A stretch of 28,365 nt of DNA from a virus (taxonomy: Duplodnaviria; Caudoviricetes), in IMG/VR virus record IMGVR_UViG_3300027856_000279, positions 1 through 28,365 of that record; one strand, given 5' to 3'. The notes under the pieces were generated by a model that was not told the DNA's origin, made no database searches, and saw only the letters and a program-made list of their open reading frames with translations. The translations under genes and the position numbers were made by a program. Of the stretch, positions 1 to 9,569 are shown in pieces. Each line of letters opens with the position of its first letter. Positions within the stretch are counted from its first letter, which is position 1.

Positions 1-168
1 ACAGGATAAGAAAAATAGCACCCGAGAGATTATCGGAACTGACAGAAAGAACATCTCAAATCGAACACCAATCGTAAATAGAACAACTATGTAGATTGTC
101 TTGACCCTGACTTTACTTAAAAATAAGTTTGGGGTCTCTTGCGTAATCATCAACAGTAAGGAGGTAGA

Positions 169-1065
169 ATGGCATTTAGGGACCGAGCGTTAGACATGGG
201 GTTAACTGTTCACAGCGATGGAGTATACCAGTACATTGATCGTCACAGTTCAGTGATGTATCAAGAGCTCAAGACAAATACCGATCTCCGTGTGCCGTTG
301 CTAGGAGTTTTTACTCGCAGAACCCCACGCGAGAATGAAGAAGCAACGCAATGGGGATATGTTGGATATGTATCAGATGGGTATCAATTTGTTGGAAATG
401 ATGCTGTCCTCAGTCCAATTAGAGAATCAATTTCTGAGGTGGGATCACCAATCTTTACTGAGCACACATATATGAATGAATTCTATACGATGATGCTCAA
501 TGAGATGTTGATTCAGAATGTCACAAATTATCCACAAGTTGGAGACATATATCCAAACATCATCGTTACGAATAGCTACAATGGTTCAAGGGCTGTTCGA
601 ATCACATTTGGTATTTCTATCAGTGAGGATGAGCGTAACCCACGTGTCGGTTTCGGATTCCAAAGATTTGGCCAGATGAGGCAAGTACACTATCAACATG
701 CTAGGTCAAGAATGACAACTGCTGTTGGAGCATATATTGATATTTTTTCTCAGAACATTGTTAGCCTCATTGAGGAGAACTTTAGCCAAAGAGTCTCTGA
801 GGAAAATATGCTTGCTGTCCTCGACGTAATTGAAAACTCAGTTGGTAAGAGACGCAGGAATTCCCTTTCCATGTACCTAGAAGAGATTGGTGCAAACAAT
901 ATCACTTCCTGGAATCTGTTTCATTCCATCTGTAGGTTTAGCTCCATTGAGAAAAACCTGAACGCAAGGATATTGATGGAGGATGTGGCTGAAAGCGTTT
1001 TAACTATTCCTTCACAAATGTTTGATGCAGTTGCCACATTAGAAGCAGCTAGGCGAGCAGCATAG
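169..1065 (+). CDS. DUF932/DUF945-like phage protein (putative)
   Basis: 298-aa ORF with strong SD (AAGGAGG). Motifs 'GYVSDGYQFVGN' and 'TNSYNGSRA' resemble the VSxxY..N and NSxDGS motifs of DUF932-type proteins. Confidence 0.5.
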   Translation: MAFRDRALDMGLTVHSDGVYQYIDRHSSVMYQELKTNTDLRVPLLGVFTRRTPRENEEATQWGYVGYVSDGYQFVGNDAVLSPIRESISEVGSPIFTEHTYMNEFYTMMLNEMLIQNVTNYPQVGDIYPNIIVTNSYNGSRAVRITFGISISEDERNPRVGFGFQRFGQMRQVHYQHARSRMTTAVGAYIDIFSQNIVSLIEENFSQRVSEENMLAVLDVIENSVGKRRRNSLSMYLEEIGANNITSWNLFHSICRFSSIEKNLNARILMEDVAESVLTIPSQMFDAVATLEAARRAA

Positions 1066-1075
1066 TTACAAATCC

Positions 1076-1114
1076 AAAAAAAATGGGCCTGGTTTACGCT
1101 AGGTCTATTTTTTT
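1076..1114. terminator. Probable intrinsic terminator, possibly bidirectional
   Basis: A-tract, then ATGGGCCTGG-loop-CTAGGTCTAT (stem with G-U pairs), then T-tract, immediately after the 169..1065 stop. Confidence 0.7.
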
Positions 1115-1126
1115 GTCTTTCTACTG

Positions 1127-1134
1127 GAACAAAT
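1127..1134 (+). promoter_or_regulatory. Candidate late-promoter motif GAACAAAT
   Basis: The same 8-mer lies ~25-37 nt upstream of three structural transcription units (1127, 3122, minus strand 18660-18667). Confidence 0.5.
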
Positions 1135-1158
1135 TTAAAAATATCATGGAGATCGAGT

Positions 1159-2391
1159 ATGCCAGATAAACCAGGCCAAAGACCATTTGTTCCTTCAAGA
1201 AGTTATGATATTCAGATGAGGATAAGGGACAAAGATTACTCTATGGACTTGTCCAGAGTTCGTATTGTCAACTCTTTAAATCGACCATTTCAAACAATTA
1301 TCCTTGATTTGTTTATTGATCCGAGGGATATAATTTTAGATTACATTTATGGACAAGATCCAATTAAGTTGAGTGTACGTTATATTGGCGAGTCGCAACC
1401 CGAGGTCCCAAAAGAACAAATTGACTATACTCTTGTACATTTTAAGTCTGGTTTTACTCTCCCCATGCAACGATCAACTTCTCAAACTGATCAACCAGAT
1501 AGAACCAACATTAGTATACTAACTGTTCCAGAGAAAGAGTTGTTTTCACTATCAACTCTTGTGAATAAGGTTTACTATGCATCTACAGTAGAGGAGATAA
1601 TACGAGATTTAGTTGAAGATACATATGCGACTCTGGAAATTGACCAAGAGGATTTGAATACTGAACAACTTGATCAAGTAATTATTCCCCCGATATCTTT
1701 GAATAAAGCTATTACATATTTAGATAATATATTTGGATTTTATAGAGGAACAATGGGTTGGAATTTTCGTGGAGATAAGTTGCACATATACAATTTAACT
1801 AGGAGAATGAATAAAGCTACTGCCTTTACAATATACCAACTTGTTTCTGGAGATGATAATAGTGACACAATTGAGAAGTGTAACGACGGAAAAAACTTCT
1901 ATACTTATGAACTTATGCGAACTGATTATAGTGCTAATACTAGATTCATCTATGAATCTAAACGTGTAAACTTCATTGTGAAACCTAGAGATAATCTGTA
2001 TGATACTATTAATCTGGATTTGGAAGAAGTGTGTAAGAATTACGGTTTAATGTCTAAGAGGGGCGTTCAAATATTTCACAACCCTGTAGTAGATAGAACC
2101 AAATATCATATAGATCACACTGGTTATGACACTAATAATACATTTGCACTTGCGAGGACTACACCGTTAATTAGGAATCTCTCTACTCTTAAATTTTCTT
2201 TAGAGAGAAATCTTCGTATTCTAAATCTAGTAGATGTCGGTCAGCCCGCAAACTTGAACGTCAGAGTGTCGGAAAATATTAATGTAAGCGGAAAGTATAT
2301 AATTAGTTCTTCTGATTTGGTTTTTGTTAGAGATGGTGAATGGCAGGCTGTAGCAACTGTTAGATTAATGAGAACTAATCCGACGTTATAG
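1159..2391 (+). CDS. Putative baseplate hub/tail protein (gp27/gpD-like)
   Basis: 410 aa, beta-rich. The C-terminal 'SGKYIISSSDLVF..W' pattern is typical of hub proteins, and the gene sits in a structural context. Confidence 0.4.
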   Translation: MPDKPGQRPFVPSRSYDIQMRIRDKDYSMDLSRVRIVNSLNRPFQTIILDLFIDPRDIILDYIYGQDPIKLSVRYIGESQPEVPKEQIDYTLVHFKSGFTLPMQRSTSQTDQPDRTNISILTVPEKELFSLSTLVNKVYYASTVEEIIRDLVEDTYATLEIDQEDLNTEQLDQVIIPPISLNKAITYLDNIFGFYRGTMGWNFRGDKLHIYNLTRRMNKATAFTIYQLVSGDDNSDTIEKCNDGKNFYTYELMRTDYSANTRFIYESKRVNFIVKPRDNLYDTINLDLEEVCKNYGLMSKRGVQIFHNPVVDRTKYHIDHTGYDTNNTFALARTTPLIRNLSTLKFSLERNLRILNLVDVGQPANLNVRVSENINVSGKYIISSSDLVFVRDGEWQAVATVRLMRTNPTL

Positions 2392-2395
2392 ATAC

Positions 2396-2433
2396 AAAAA
2401 GAATGGTGTTAAGAGGCCTACAGCCTCTACACC
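2396..2433 (-). terminator. Possible terminator between convergent genes
   Basis: GGTGT-(TA)-AGAGGC/CTACA/GCCTCT-ACACC hairpin preceded by an A-tract (a U-tract on the minus strand). Confidence 0.45.
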
Positions 2434-2608
2434 CAAATGGGAAACATTAACTTTTATTTACAAAAAGTAAGATCCTCTCGTAAACACAAATCTAAATCAA
2501 AAGGCCAATCTTTTACCACCACCTTTCTATTAACTTTGTCTGAGTCTGTATCGAGCGATTTCTCGCTGTGTTTGCCTATACTGCTGAGTTCTCCTTTCAA
2601 TGATGTAC

Positions 2609-2881
2609 TCAACATTTCCACTTTCTCCTTTTTCGAATGTGGTTGACACTAGCGACCTCATACCTTTGGTCACACAGCATGCAGTATAGTCCCTCAAGGG
2701 GAAGAGTGTGTTTTTCCAGACTCGGCGGCATTACTATAATACCTTTGTCACAAACAGGGCAGGGTACTGATTCCTCGTAAATGAAGTGTTCGAGTTTCAG
2801 TACTGGATTATGTGCATTCTTTCCACTACTAATAACTTCTCTGTCAAAGGCAGACCCCAATTTGCTTGCCAAGTTACCCAA
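2609..2881 (-). CDS. Small zinc-ribbon protein
   Basis: TTG start with GAGAGG SD. Two CxxC pairs (CPVC, CMLC). Confidence 0.55.
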   Translation of the reverse strand: MGNLASKLGSAFDREVISSGKNAHNPVLKLEHFIYEESVPCPVCDKGIIVMPPSLEKHTLPLEGLYCMLCDQRYEVASVNHIRKRRKWKC

Positions 2882-3085
2882 TATTCTTTACCTCTCTCTT
2901 CTTGGTACAGGTTTTTTCAAACCCCCTTTCAGGTAACATCCTCTAATAAAAAATGACCTCTCTGCTCCTACATACACCACCTCCTTTTTTATTTTTCCCT
3001 TCGTCGAGAGAGGGCCTTGATTCAACGAAGAGAAATAAATTTAATTTCCTCAACTAAAAAAACACAACAATCCTCTACTAGTAAG

Positions 3086-3097
3086 TAATATATATAG
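3086..3097 (-). promoter_or_regulatory. Candidate promoter motif CTATATATATTA facing non-structural genes
   Basis: An identical 12-mer occurs on the + strand at 18717-18728. Both copies lie in divergent intergenic regions. Confidence 0.5.
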
Positions 3098-3121
3098 CAA
3101 GTTTTCTCATCCCAAAAATGA

Positions 3122-3129
3122 GAACAAAT
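3122..3129 (+). promoter_or_regulatory. Candidate late-promoter motif GAACAAAT
   Basis: Upstream of the terminase operon and followed by an A-rich run. The same motif precedes two other structural units. Confidence 0.5.
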
Positions 3130-3165
3130 AAAAAAGGTAGGATGCGACTACGTTAAGGAGAATGA

Positions 3166-4794
3166 ATGATAAATGCACAGAAACTCGAAGACCATGCTGA
3201 GAAGTATGTCTCCGAATATCTGAAGTGCAAACAATCTTTTCTCTATTTTTGCCGAAGGTACGTAAAAATTGAATTGCCTGGTGGGGATGTCCCTCTAATC
3301 CCTTATGGTGCACAAGAAAATTTAGTAATGGAAATTCTTAAAAAACATTTCGTTTTCGTTCTAAAATCTAGACAGATAGGAATCTCAACTATTATTCAAG
3401 CATTGGTTTGTTGGTTAGTAACATTTTATAAGAACGTAGTCATTGGAGTCATCTCAAAAGATGCACCTGAGGCAACCGATTTTGCTCGCCACATTATGAG
3501 TATGATTGATAAGTTGCCCAAATGGATGGCTCCCAAGTTTACTAAGAGAACAGAAAGGACATTCATATTAAGCAATGGTTGTAAATGTTTCGCCTCGCCG
3601 GTTGCCCCGAATGCTCCTGAGAAGACTTTACGTGGTAAATCCGTCACTTTCCTCGTTATTGATGAAGCGGCATTTATTAAGTTTATCGACGAAGCGTGGA
3701 CCGGAATGGTACCAGCTTTATCAACGAATCAGAAAAATGCGAGAGAAAAGAAAGTCCCATTTGGTACAATAATACTTTCTACTCCAAATAAGACTCAGGG
3801 AGTTGGTAAGTGGTTTTACGAAAGGTATCAAAGAGCGGTTAGTAAAGACGATATTTTTAAACCAGTACAAATTCACTGGGGAGATATACCGCAGTTGGCC
3901 AAGGATCCAGATTGGTATAAAACTCAGTGTGAACTTTGGGGCCACGATAAAAGAAAAATTCAACAGGAGCTGGAACTTAAGTTCATTGCGTCGACAGGTT
4001 CTTTCTTTGATGCTGAAATAATTGAGCATCTACAGGACATAAAGATTGAACCAATTAACGTTATGAAGTTATATAATGGAGAGATATGGAAGTTTTCAGA
4101 CCCAATTCCTGGAAGATTTTATATTGCAGGAGTTGATACTGCTCCTGAGTTTGGCAGTGATAAATCAGCTGTTGAAGTATTCGACTACGAAACTCTTGAA
4201 CAGGTTTGGGAATTTCAAGGAAAATGCTCAGTAACTGACTTTACAGAAGTTGTTAAGATGGCCGGTATTCAATATCCTGGTTGCTTAGTTATTGAGAATA
4301 ATTCATATGGAAATCAGGTTGCTGAAGCAATTAATAATACTGATCTCTCGATAATGATGTACAAAGAGAAAAAGGGGAAAGACCAAATTGTGCCTGGTTT
4401 GAATACAAACTCAAGGACAAGGCCTCTAATGATTGATTCTCTTTATTCTTATATAAGTGAATTTCCTGAGTGCATCAAATCGCAAAGACTAATCCTTGAG
4501 TTGATTGGATTGATAAGTAAACCAAGTGGTAGAGTCGAGGCTGATACTGGCTGTAATGATGACTTATCACTTGCTGCTGCGTGTGCATATTATGTTCGTA
4601 AATATGATCCACCATTGATGATTGATATGCCAGGAGTACAGGAAAGTTCCCTAGAAGCTATAATGGACCTCAATTATGGGGGTAGTAATGTTCCATTTGG
4701 AAATCAGAAAATTATAGATGATGTACGAAGAAAACTTGAAGATGGAGAACTTGATGATCCATTTGTTAATACAGTAGAAACATACATGAGTTAG
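3166..4794 (+). CDS. terL: Terminase large subunit (T4 gp17-like)
   Basis: Walker A 'LKSRQIGIST', Walker B 'FLVIDEAAF', coupling motif 'LSTP', RNase H-like nuclease motifs 'GVDTA', 'VIENN' and 'NDDL'. Confidence 0.95.
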   Translation: MINAQKLEDHAEKYVSEYLKCKQSFLYFCRRYVKIELPGGDVPLIPYGAQENLVMEILKKHFVFVLKSRQIGISTIIQALVCWLVTFYKNVVIGVISKDAPEATDFARHIMSMIDKLPKWMAPKFTKRTERTFILSNGCKCFASPVAPNAPEKTLRGKSVTFLVIDEAAFIKFIDEAWTGMVPALSTNQKNAREKKVPFGTIILSTPNKTQGVGKWFYERYQRAVSKDDIFKPVQIHWGDIPQLAKDPDWYKTQCELWGHDKRKIQQELELKFIASTGSFFDAEIIEHLQDIKIEPINVMKLYNGEIWKFSDPIPGRFYIAGVDTAPEFGSDKSAVEVFDYETLEQVWEFQGKCSVTDFTEVVKMAGIQYPGCLVIENNSYGNQVAEAINNTDLSIMMYKEKKGKDQIVPGLNTNSRTRPLMIDSLYSYISEFPECIKSQRLILELIGLISKPSGRVEADTGCNDDLSLAAACAYYVRKYDPPLMIDMPGVQESSLEAIMDLNYGGSNVPFGNQKIIDDVRRKLEDGELDDPFVNTVETYMS

Positions 4795-4804
4795 GAGCAA
4801 AAGT

Positions 4805-5689
4805 ATGAGCGATGTTATTCAACAGGAATTCTTTGCACTTCCAGTTGCGCCTAAAGTTGTAGCACGTATAGATGGTGAACCTCTGTATGGATCGAAGACT
4901 CTAAATTATATGTTTGTAAAGTCAATATCAAAAGTTGCAATGACTAAACCTGTTGCAGAGGACATAAGAAAACTTATTGATGAAAAAGCAATTATCCCTT
5001 GTTGGATGACAAAAGGGGTAAGAAAAATTAGAAAATTTGTAATTAATGAGAAGGGGGCAATAAGACATATAGCTGGTTTTTACGATCCTAATTCTAATAA
5101 GGTTATCATTTTAGTTGATAATCATATAAACAAATGGGGTTTTGCTTCTAATAAGGTCTTAGCTGAAATCACTATTCACGAATGTATGCATATGTTTGCA
5201 CACAAAAATCCGAGCAAATTTTACTCCACTTTTAAGAATGACTTGAAGAAGTTTTACTATGCATACTTCAATGAAATTTTTCAGTTCGGTGGAAAACCAG
5301 TTAAAGAAATGGAAAACATTGTAAGATTTATCGCATCCGTCGAGAAGAAAGTTGCTGGGGTAGGATTATCTAATTCTATTCTCAAGCGTTATTATAATTA
5401 CTTAGATAAGCATTTAAGAAAATACTCTGGTCTAAAAGACAAGGAATTTGATAAGAGGTTGATGGATTACATTGCTATTATGAAACTTTACTCAAAAAGT
5501 GTTCCTATGTTCTTGCGAGCGAGGAGTAAATACATACACATTCTCAACCCCATTCAAAAGGCGTATCAAGCTACATTTGGAGGGGTAAGTGACACTATAC
5601 CAATTCAAGAGTTATTTGTAGTTTCTGAAGTTATATCTGTATCTAGTGAGATAAAGATAAGGTCAAGTATATATAAAATGTTCAAATAA
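4805..5689 (+). CDS. HExxH-motif putative zinc metallopeptidase-like protein
   Basis: 'AGFYDP..KVIILV' strands followed by the 'ITIHECMHMF' zincin motif. SD AGGAG. Confidence 0.55.
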   Translation: MSDVIQQEFFALPVAPKVVARIDGEPLYGSKTLNYMFVKSISKVAMTKPVAEDIRKLIDEKAIIPCWMTKGVRKIRKFVINEKGAIRHIAGFYDPNSNKVIILVDNHINKWGFASNKVLAEITIHECMHMFAHKNPSKFYSTFKNDLKKFYYAYFNEIFQFGGKPVKEMENIVRFIASVEKKVAGVGLSNSILKRYYNYLDKHLRKYSGLKDKEFDKRLMDYIAIMKLYSKSVPMFLRARSKYIHILNPIQKAYQATFGGVSDTIPIQELFVVSEVISVSSEIKIRSSIYKMFK

Positions 5690-5700
5690 AGGAGATCTAA

Positions 5701-8364
5701 ATGCCGGATGATGAATTTGATTCCACTGAGGAATTAAAGAAAACCGCCGAGCAAGAGTATGAAGAGAGGTTAAAAAATATCGGTGGAGTTAACGCCGCTG
5801 CTGCAAAAATGCAAGCAGGCATTGAAGAAAGAATTGATGAGATAAAGGATATAGGAACACAAGAAGGAATTGAACAAGTATCTAAGGCAACCAGTTCTGT
5901 CCTTCGGAGTTTAAGTGCTGTCATTAAGGAAGTTGCAATGGGGACCAGGAAGATCACCGTTGGAACTGCCCTAGCAACAAAAGAAGCTATTGGACAATAT
6001 GGAAAAGCGATAAGTGAAGATATAAGTTTTAAGAAAGAAAACATAATGGCAATGGGTCTTGCAAGGGCCTCCCCAATATTTGGATATTTCGCATCCAAAT
6101 TCATGGAGACTGACGTCTTCAAATCTGCTGCAGATAGAATCAAGACTACATTTAGTGATGCCATCTCTTCGGTTGGTGGAAAATTTAAAGGTCTTTTCAC
6201 CACAGGTATGGAGAGAGTTAAGGGTTTATTCGCTAAAGGGAAGAGAGCGGAAGAGGGGGCAATACCTAAACTCCAAGCGGGTGGTGTAATTGGCAAGGGC
6301 GGTTTAGCGGAAGTTCACAAAGCTGAAGTTATAATGCCAATTGATGCCTTGATGAAAAAGATAGACGAGTTAAAAGCACCAGCTGAAGAAGCAGTCCAAG
6401 TTGTTGGTAAACCAGTAAAAATGTTTAATCGTCTTCTAGCCACTATGTCGAAACGTCAACACAGCATTGAAGCATACACTCTTCGACGTGGTCCACAAGA
6501 GAGAAGGGGATTGATAAAATCATTCCTAAGCGCTTATTCCGATACGTTTGAAGAATATCAATTACCTTGGCAACAGCAGATGATAAGACTTCAAAGAAGA
6601 CTTGTCTTCGGTCTTATTGGTATTGGTAATAGATTTAGAATTGCCTTATCAACTATGCTTTATGAGAATCCACTTTTGAGAAACTTCCTCTGGAGTGTGG
6701 GCGCGATCGGTAAGGTGTTCGCACTACCCGGTACTATTTTATTCAAAAAAAGGGGTGGATATGAGGCCGATCTTCCGAGAAGCGGAAAAAATCCATTTGA
6801 AAATTTAGTTGAAATTGCTGGAACAACCTATACTGGATTGATGTATCAGTCTGATAAAGTAATTTCTCATGCTAGAGCATCGTCTGAAGCTCTACAAGAT
6901 ATATCAGGTATAATAACCGGCAAAGATTATAAACAAATTGAAGAAATTGAAAGACAAAGATGGTCAATAGCAGGTAAGTCAATAAGAGCTATTGCTGCTC
7001 CTATTGAATGGGCAACTAAGAGAAGTGCATTACTTAGTGAAGAGACTAAGGAATTTTGGACTAAGAAGCGAGGGTTTACAGAGCTTCTAGCAGCCCCATT
7101 TAAAAAATTGTTTGAGACAAAAGAAGAAACCAAGGCACTTCCATTGACTACTATGCAAAAGATAGAGTATATTGTTGATCATCTTTATGGTGGATTAGAT
7201 AAGTGGGCAATGTGGAGAGAAAAGGGTATAGATATACAACAAGATCAATTTGAGATGATAGAAGATCAAAGACCTTGGTATAAGAAGATGCTTGGCAAAA
7301 CTGAGGATATAAAAGATGCATCTCAAAAGACTTCCCGAAGAATTAGAGGTTTTGGTAGAAGCGCATTAAGATGGGTTATGATGGCCTTCGGTTTTGTTAG
7401 GAGTTTTATTGGTAATATTGGAGGCATAGCAGCAAAGTTTCTTTCAGGAAGTTTGTTCCCTATGTTGGGAAGACTATTACCTTCTCTGCTAAGAACAATA
7501 TTTAGTGGGCCAGCCTTGGCGGTTGCACTTGCAGGGGCGGGTGGACTTGCTGTTGGAAGTTTGGTAAATAAATATATAGTTGATCCATTTATGGAAAGAC
7601 GCTCAAAAGAATTACAAAAGAAAATTTCAGAAGATTGGCAAGAAGTTGAAAAGGGTATGAGGGCCAGAAAAGAAGCTTCTGGCGGTCGTGGTAGAGGTAG
7701 AGTCGAAGCAGTACATGGGGCTAGAATTGCCACAAGCCTTGGTGGGACAGCAGAAGAGTTGAGACAGAGATATTATGTGGGCGGTGTGGGCGGAAGTGAA
7801 GGATACATGGCCATACAGGCTGCTCAGCAAGCATACATGGAACAACATATTGGTGACTATATTCCATATGGTTTTGATCAAGTTTCAAAGGCTAGAATTG
7901 AATTTGGTAAAGTGGCTGGAAAGAAAATACCGTTTGGTGATCCAGCAAAGTATGGTGCTGAAAGGGAAAAGCGTTTCTTGGGTTTTCTCAAGTCACAGTA
8001 TAAACCTGTTGGTCTTGAGGCTCTAGCCGGAACTGTTAAGAGTAAAGATGCATTAGACAAAGCAGTTAGAGCTGGTCAAGCTGCTATGGAGAAAGCTAGA
8101 GGAGTTACTACAGATAAAGTATCACTTGCTCGTGGTGCCGCAATGGACTTCATTCTGCAGACTGAACCTATAGTTGAGATGGGCAAGAAAACTATGAAAC
8201 AAATAAAAGAAGGTACTGAACAACAAACTACTGCCGTAGTGTCATCTGTCAGCACTATGGTTAATAGCAATCAGCAGAATATTGCCACAGGCGGTGGTGG
8301 TGGCCAGCAGCAAATGGGGGATCACGATCCCATTGTAGATAAAATAGTTGCAGATGGTACATAA
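5701..8364 (+). CDS. Tape-measure-like / large tail-associated helical protein
   Basis: 887 aa, helical, Ala/Gly/Lys rich, with hydrophobic Gly/Ala segments. The motif 'IPKLQAGGVIGKGGLAEVHKAEVIMP' is of a type common in tape-measure proteins. Confidence 0.6.
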   Translation: MPDDEFDSTEELKKTAEQEYEERLKNIGGVNAAAAKMQAGIEERIDEIKDIGTQEGIEQVSKATSSVLRSLSAVIKEVAMGTRKITVGTALATKEAIGQYGKAISEDISFKKENIMAMGLARASPIFGYFASKFMETDVFKSAADRIKTTFSDAISSVGGKFKGLFTTGMERVKGLFAKGKRAEEGAIPKLQAGGVIGKGGLAEVHKAEVIMPIDALMKKIDELKAPAEEAVQVVGKPVKMFNRLLATMSKRQHSIEAYTLRRGPQERRGLIKSFLSAYSDTFEEYQLPWQQQMIRLQRRLVFGLIGIGNRFRIALSTMLYENPLLRNFLWSVGAIGKVFALPGTILFKKRGGYEADLPRSGKNPFENLVEIAGTTYTGLMYQSDKVISHARASSEALQDISGIITGKDYKQIEEIERQRWSIAGKSIRAIAAPIEWATKRSALLSEETKEFWTKKRGFTELLAAPFKKLFETKEETKALPLTTMQKIEYIVDHLYGGLDKWAMWREKGIDIQQDQFEMIEDQRPWYKKMLGKTEDIKDASQKTSRRIRGFGRSALRWVMMAFGFVRSFIGNIGGIAAKFLSGSLFPMLGRLLPSLLRTIFSGPALAVALAGAGGLAVGSLVNKYIVDPFMERRSKELQKKISEDWQEVEKGMRARKEASGGRGRGRVEAVHGARIATSLGGTAEELRQRYYVGGVGGSEGYMAIQAAQQAYMEQHIGDYIPYGFDQVSKARIEFGKVAGKKIPFGDPAKYGAEREKRFLGFLKSQYKPVGLEALAGTVKSKDALDKAVRAGQAAMEKARGVTTDKVSLARGAAMDFILQTEPIVEMGKKTMKQIKEGTEQQTTAVVSSVSTMVNSNQQNIATGGGGGQQQMGDHDPIVDKIVADGT

Positions 8365-8375
8365 GGAGGATATAG

Positions 8376-9569
8376 ATGGGAGAAAAAGGTATAGTTACAC
8401 TAGATCCTATTTGGGGTCTTCCACCTGATACTTTTGTTAGCAACAACATGATTAAGAATACAATGCCCGTTGCTACCATAACTCCTCAGATTCCGGTGTT
8501 CTCCTTGGGGTTGTCTCTCTATAAGACCCAGATAGCGTGGACTCAGTATAATGAATTGTTAAATGCTCACGGTTTTAAACTTAATAGTAATTCTATTAAA
8601 GTAGCATTCTTAGCTGATAACTTTCCGACAGATACTTTTTCAAATGAGTATGGGGAAAGTTTTATAAATAAGATTACTGATATTGCTAGTCAGGGTGCAG
8701 GCGAACTAGCTCAAGTATTGGGTGCTCGTACAGCAACTGGAGCAGTCAGAGAAGCAGGTGATGTTTTAGCGAAAATTGGAAAAGAACTACCCGGAGGTGC
8801 TGGGGCGATTCTTGGTAAAGTTGGAACTGCTGCTGGCCAAGGTGCTAGATCAACTGAGGCAGCACTAGCCAAACTTGGTTCAGGTGCAGGTTTGGGTGCT
8901 GGAGGTGCTAGGGCCGTAGGACTTATTAACCGAATGTTAGCTGGTGCAAGGGTTGACTTTCCTCAAGTATGGAAGAATAGTGGTTTTACTCCATCATACC
9001 AATTAACAATACGACTTTACAATCCTGCACCGGGCAATGAATTTTCCACCAAGAAATATATTATAGGTCCAATAATTGCTCTCTTACTTCTTGCGACTCC
9101 TCAGACATCGGATGGTCAGACTTACACTTGGCCCTTCTTACAGTCTATTAAATGTCCTGGACTATTTGAAATATCTCCATCATTCATAGGAAGTACGGCA
9201 GTTATAAAAGGTGGGGATCAGCAATCAATTGCTTATAATCAGAGAATGGGTATTGTAGATGTAAGGTTAGATATTGGAAGTCTGTACAATAGTATGGTTG
9301 TAGGTAAGACGAAATCAATTGAGGGAGGAAGACCTACATTACAACAATATGCTAAAATTCTGACTGAAGAAGGACCCACAGCGGATGTATATGGAAGTCC
9401 AGAGGGTGGTTATGCACCTACTCCAATTGCCCCACCAACTCCATCTTCAGTACAACGAGCTCCCACCAGGTCAGAACCATCTACTACACCTACACGAAGG
9501 ATTTCACGACCGAACAAGAGTACCTTCGATGATTTAGTAGATAGGGCGAGGAGTTTTCTTGGACTCTAG
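8376..9569 (+). CDS. Putative baseplate/tail-tube initiator protein (gp48/gp54-like)
   Basis: Gly/Ala-rich insert followed by the tube-like strands 'PQVWKNSGFTPSYQLTIRLYNP'. Pro/Thr-rich tail. Follows the TMP-like gene. Confidence 0.4.
   Translation: MGEKGIVTLDPIWGLPPDTFVSNNMIKNTMPVATITPQIPVFSLGLSLYKTQIAWTQYNELLNAHGFKLNSNSIKVAFLADNFPTDTFSNEYGESFINKITDIASQGAGELAQVLGARTATGAVREAGDVLAKIGKELPGGAGAILGKVGTAAGQGARSTEAALAKLGSGAGLGAGGARAVGLINRMLAGARVDFPQVWKNSGFTPSYQLTIRLYNPAPGNEFSTKKYIIGPIIALLLLATPQTSDGQTYTWPFLQSIKCPGLFEISPSFIGSTAVIKGGDQQSIAYNQRMGIVDVRLDIGSLYNSMVVGKTKSIEGGRPTLQQYAKILTEEGPTADVYGSPEGGYAPTPIAPPTPSSVQRAPTRSEPSTTPTRRISRPNKSTFDDLVDRARSFLGL

Noticed and set aside
104-136. Imperfect hairpin upstream of the first gene
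   Set aside because: Weak, bulged stem without a U-tract, and its upstream context is cut off by the window edge.
2437-2661. Small ORFs downstream of the zinc-ribbon gene (2437..2646 +, and 43-53 aa minus-strand candidates)
   Set aside because: Several competing short frames with no motif. I cannot choose among them from sequence alone.
3107-8479. Antisense and out-of-frame ORFs within terminase and tape-measure-like genes (e.g. 5697..6296, 7323..7733)
   Set aside because: These are shadow ORFs of strong genes, with no SD and no motifs.
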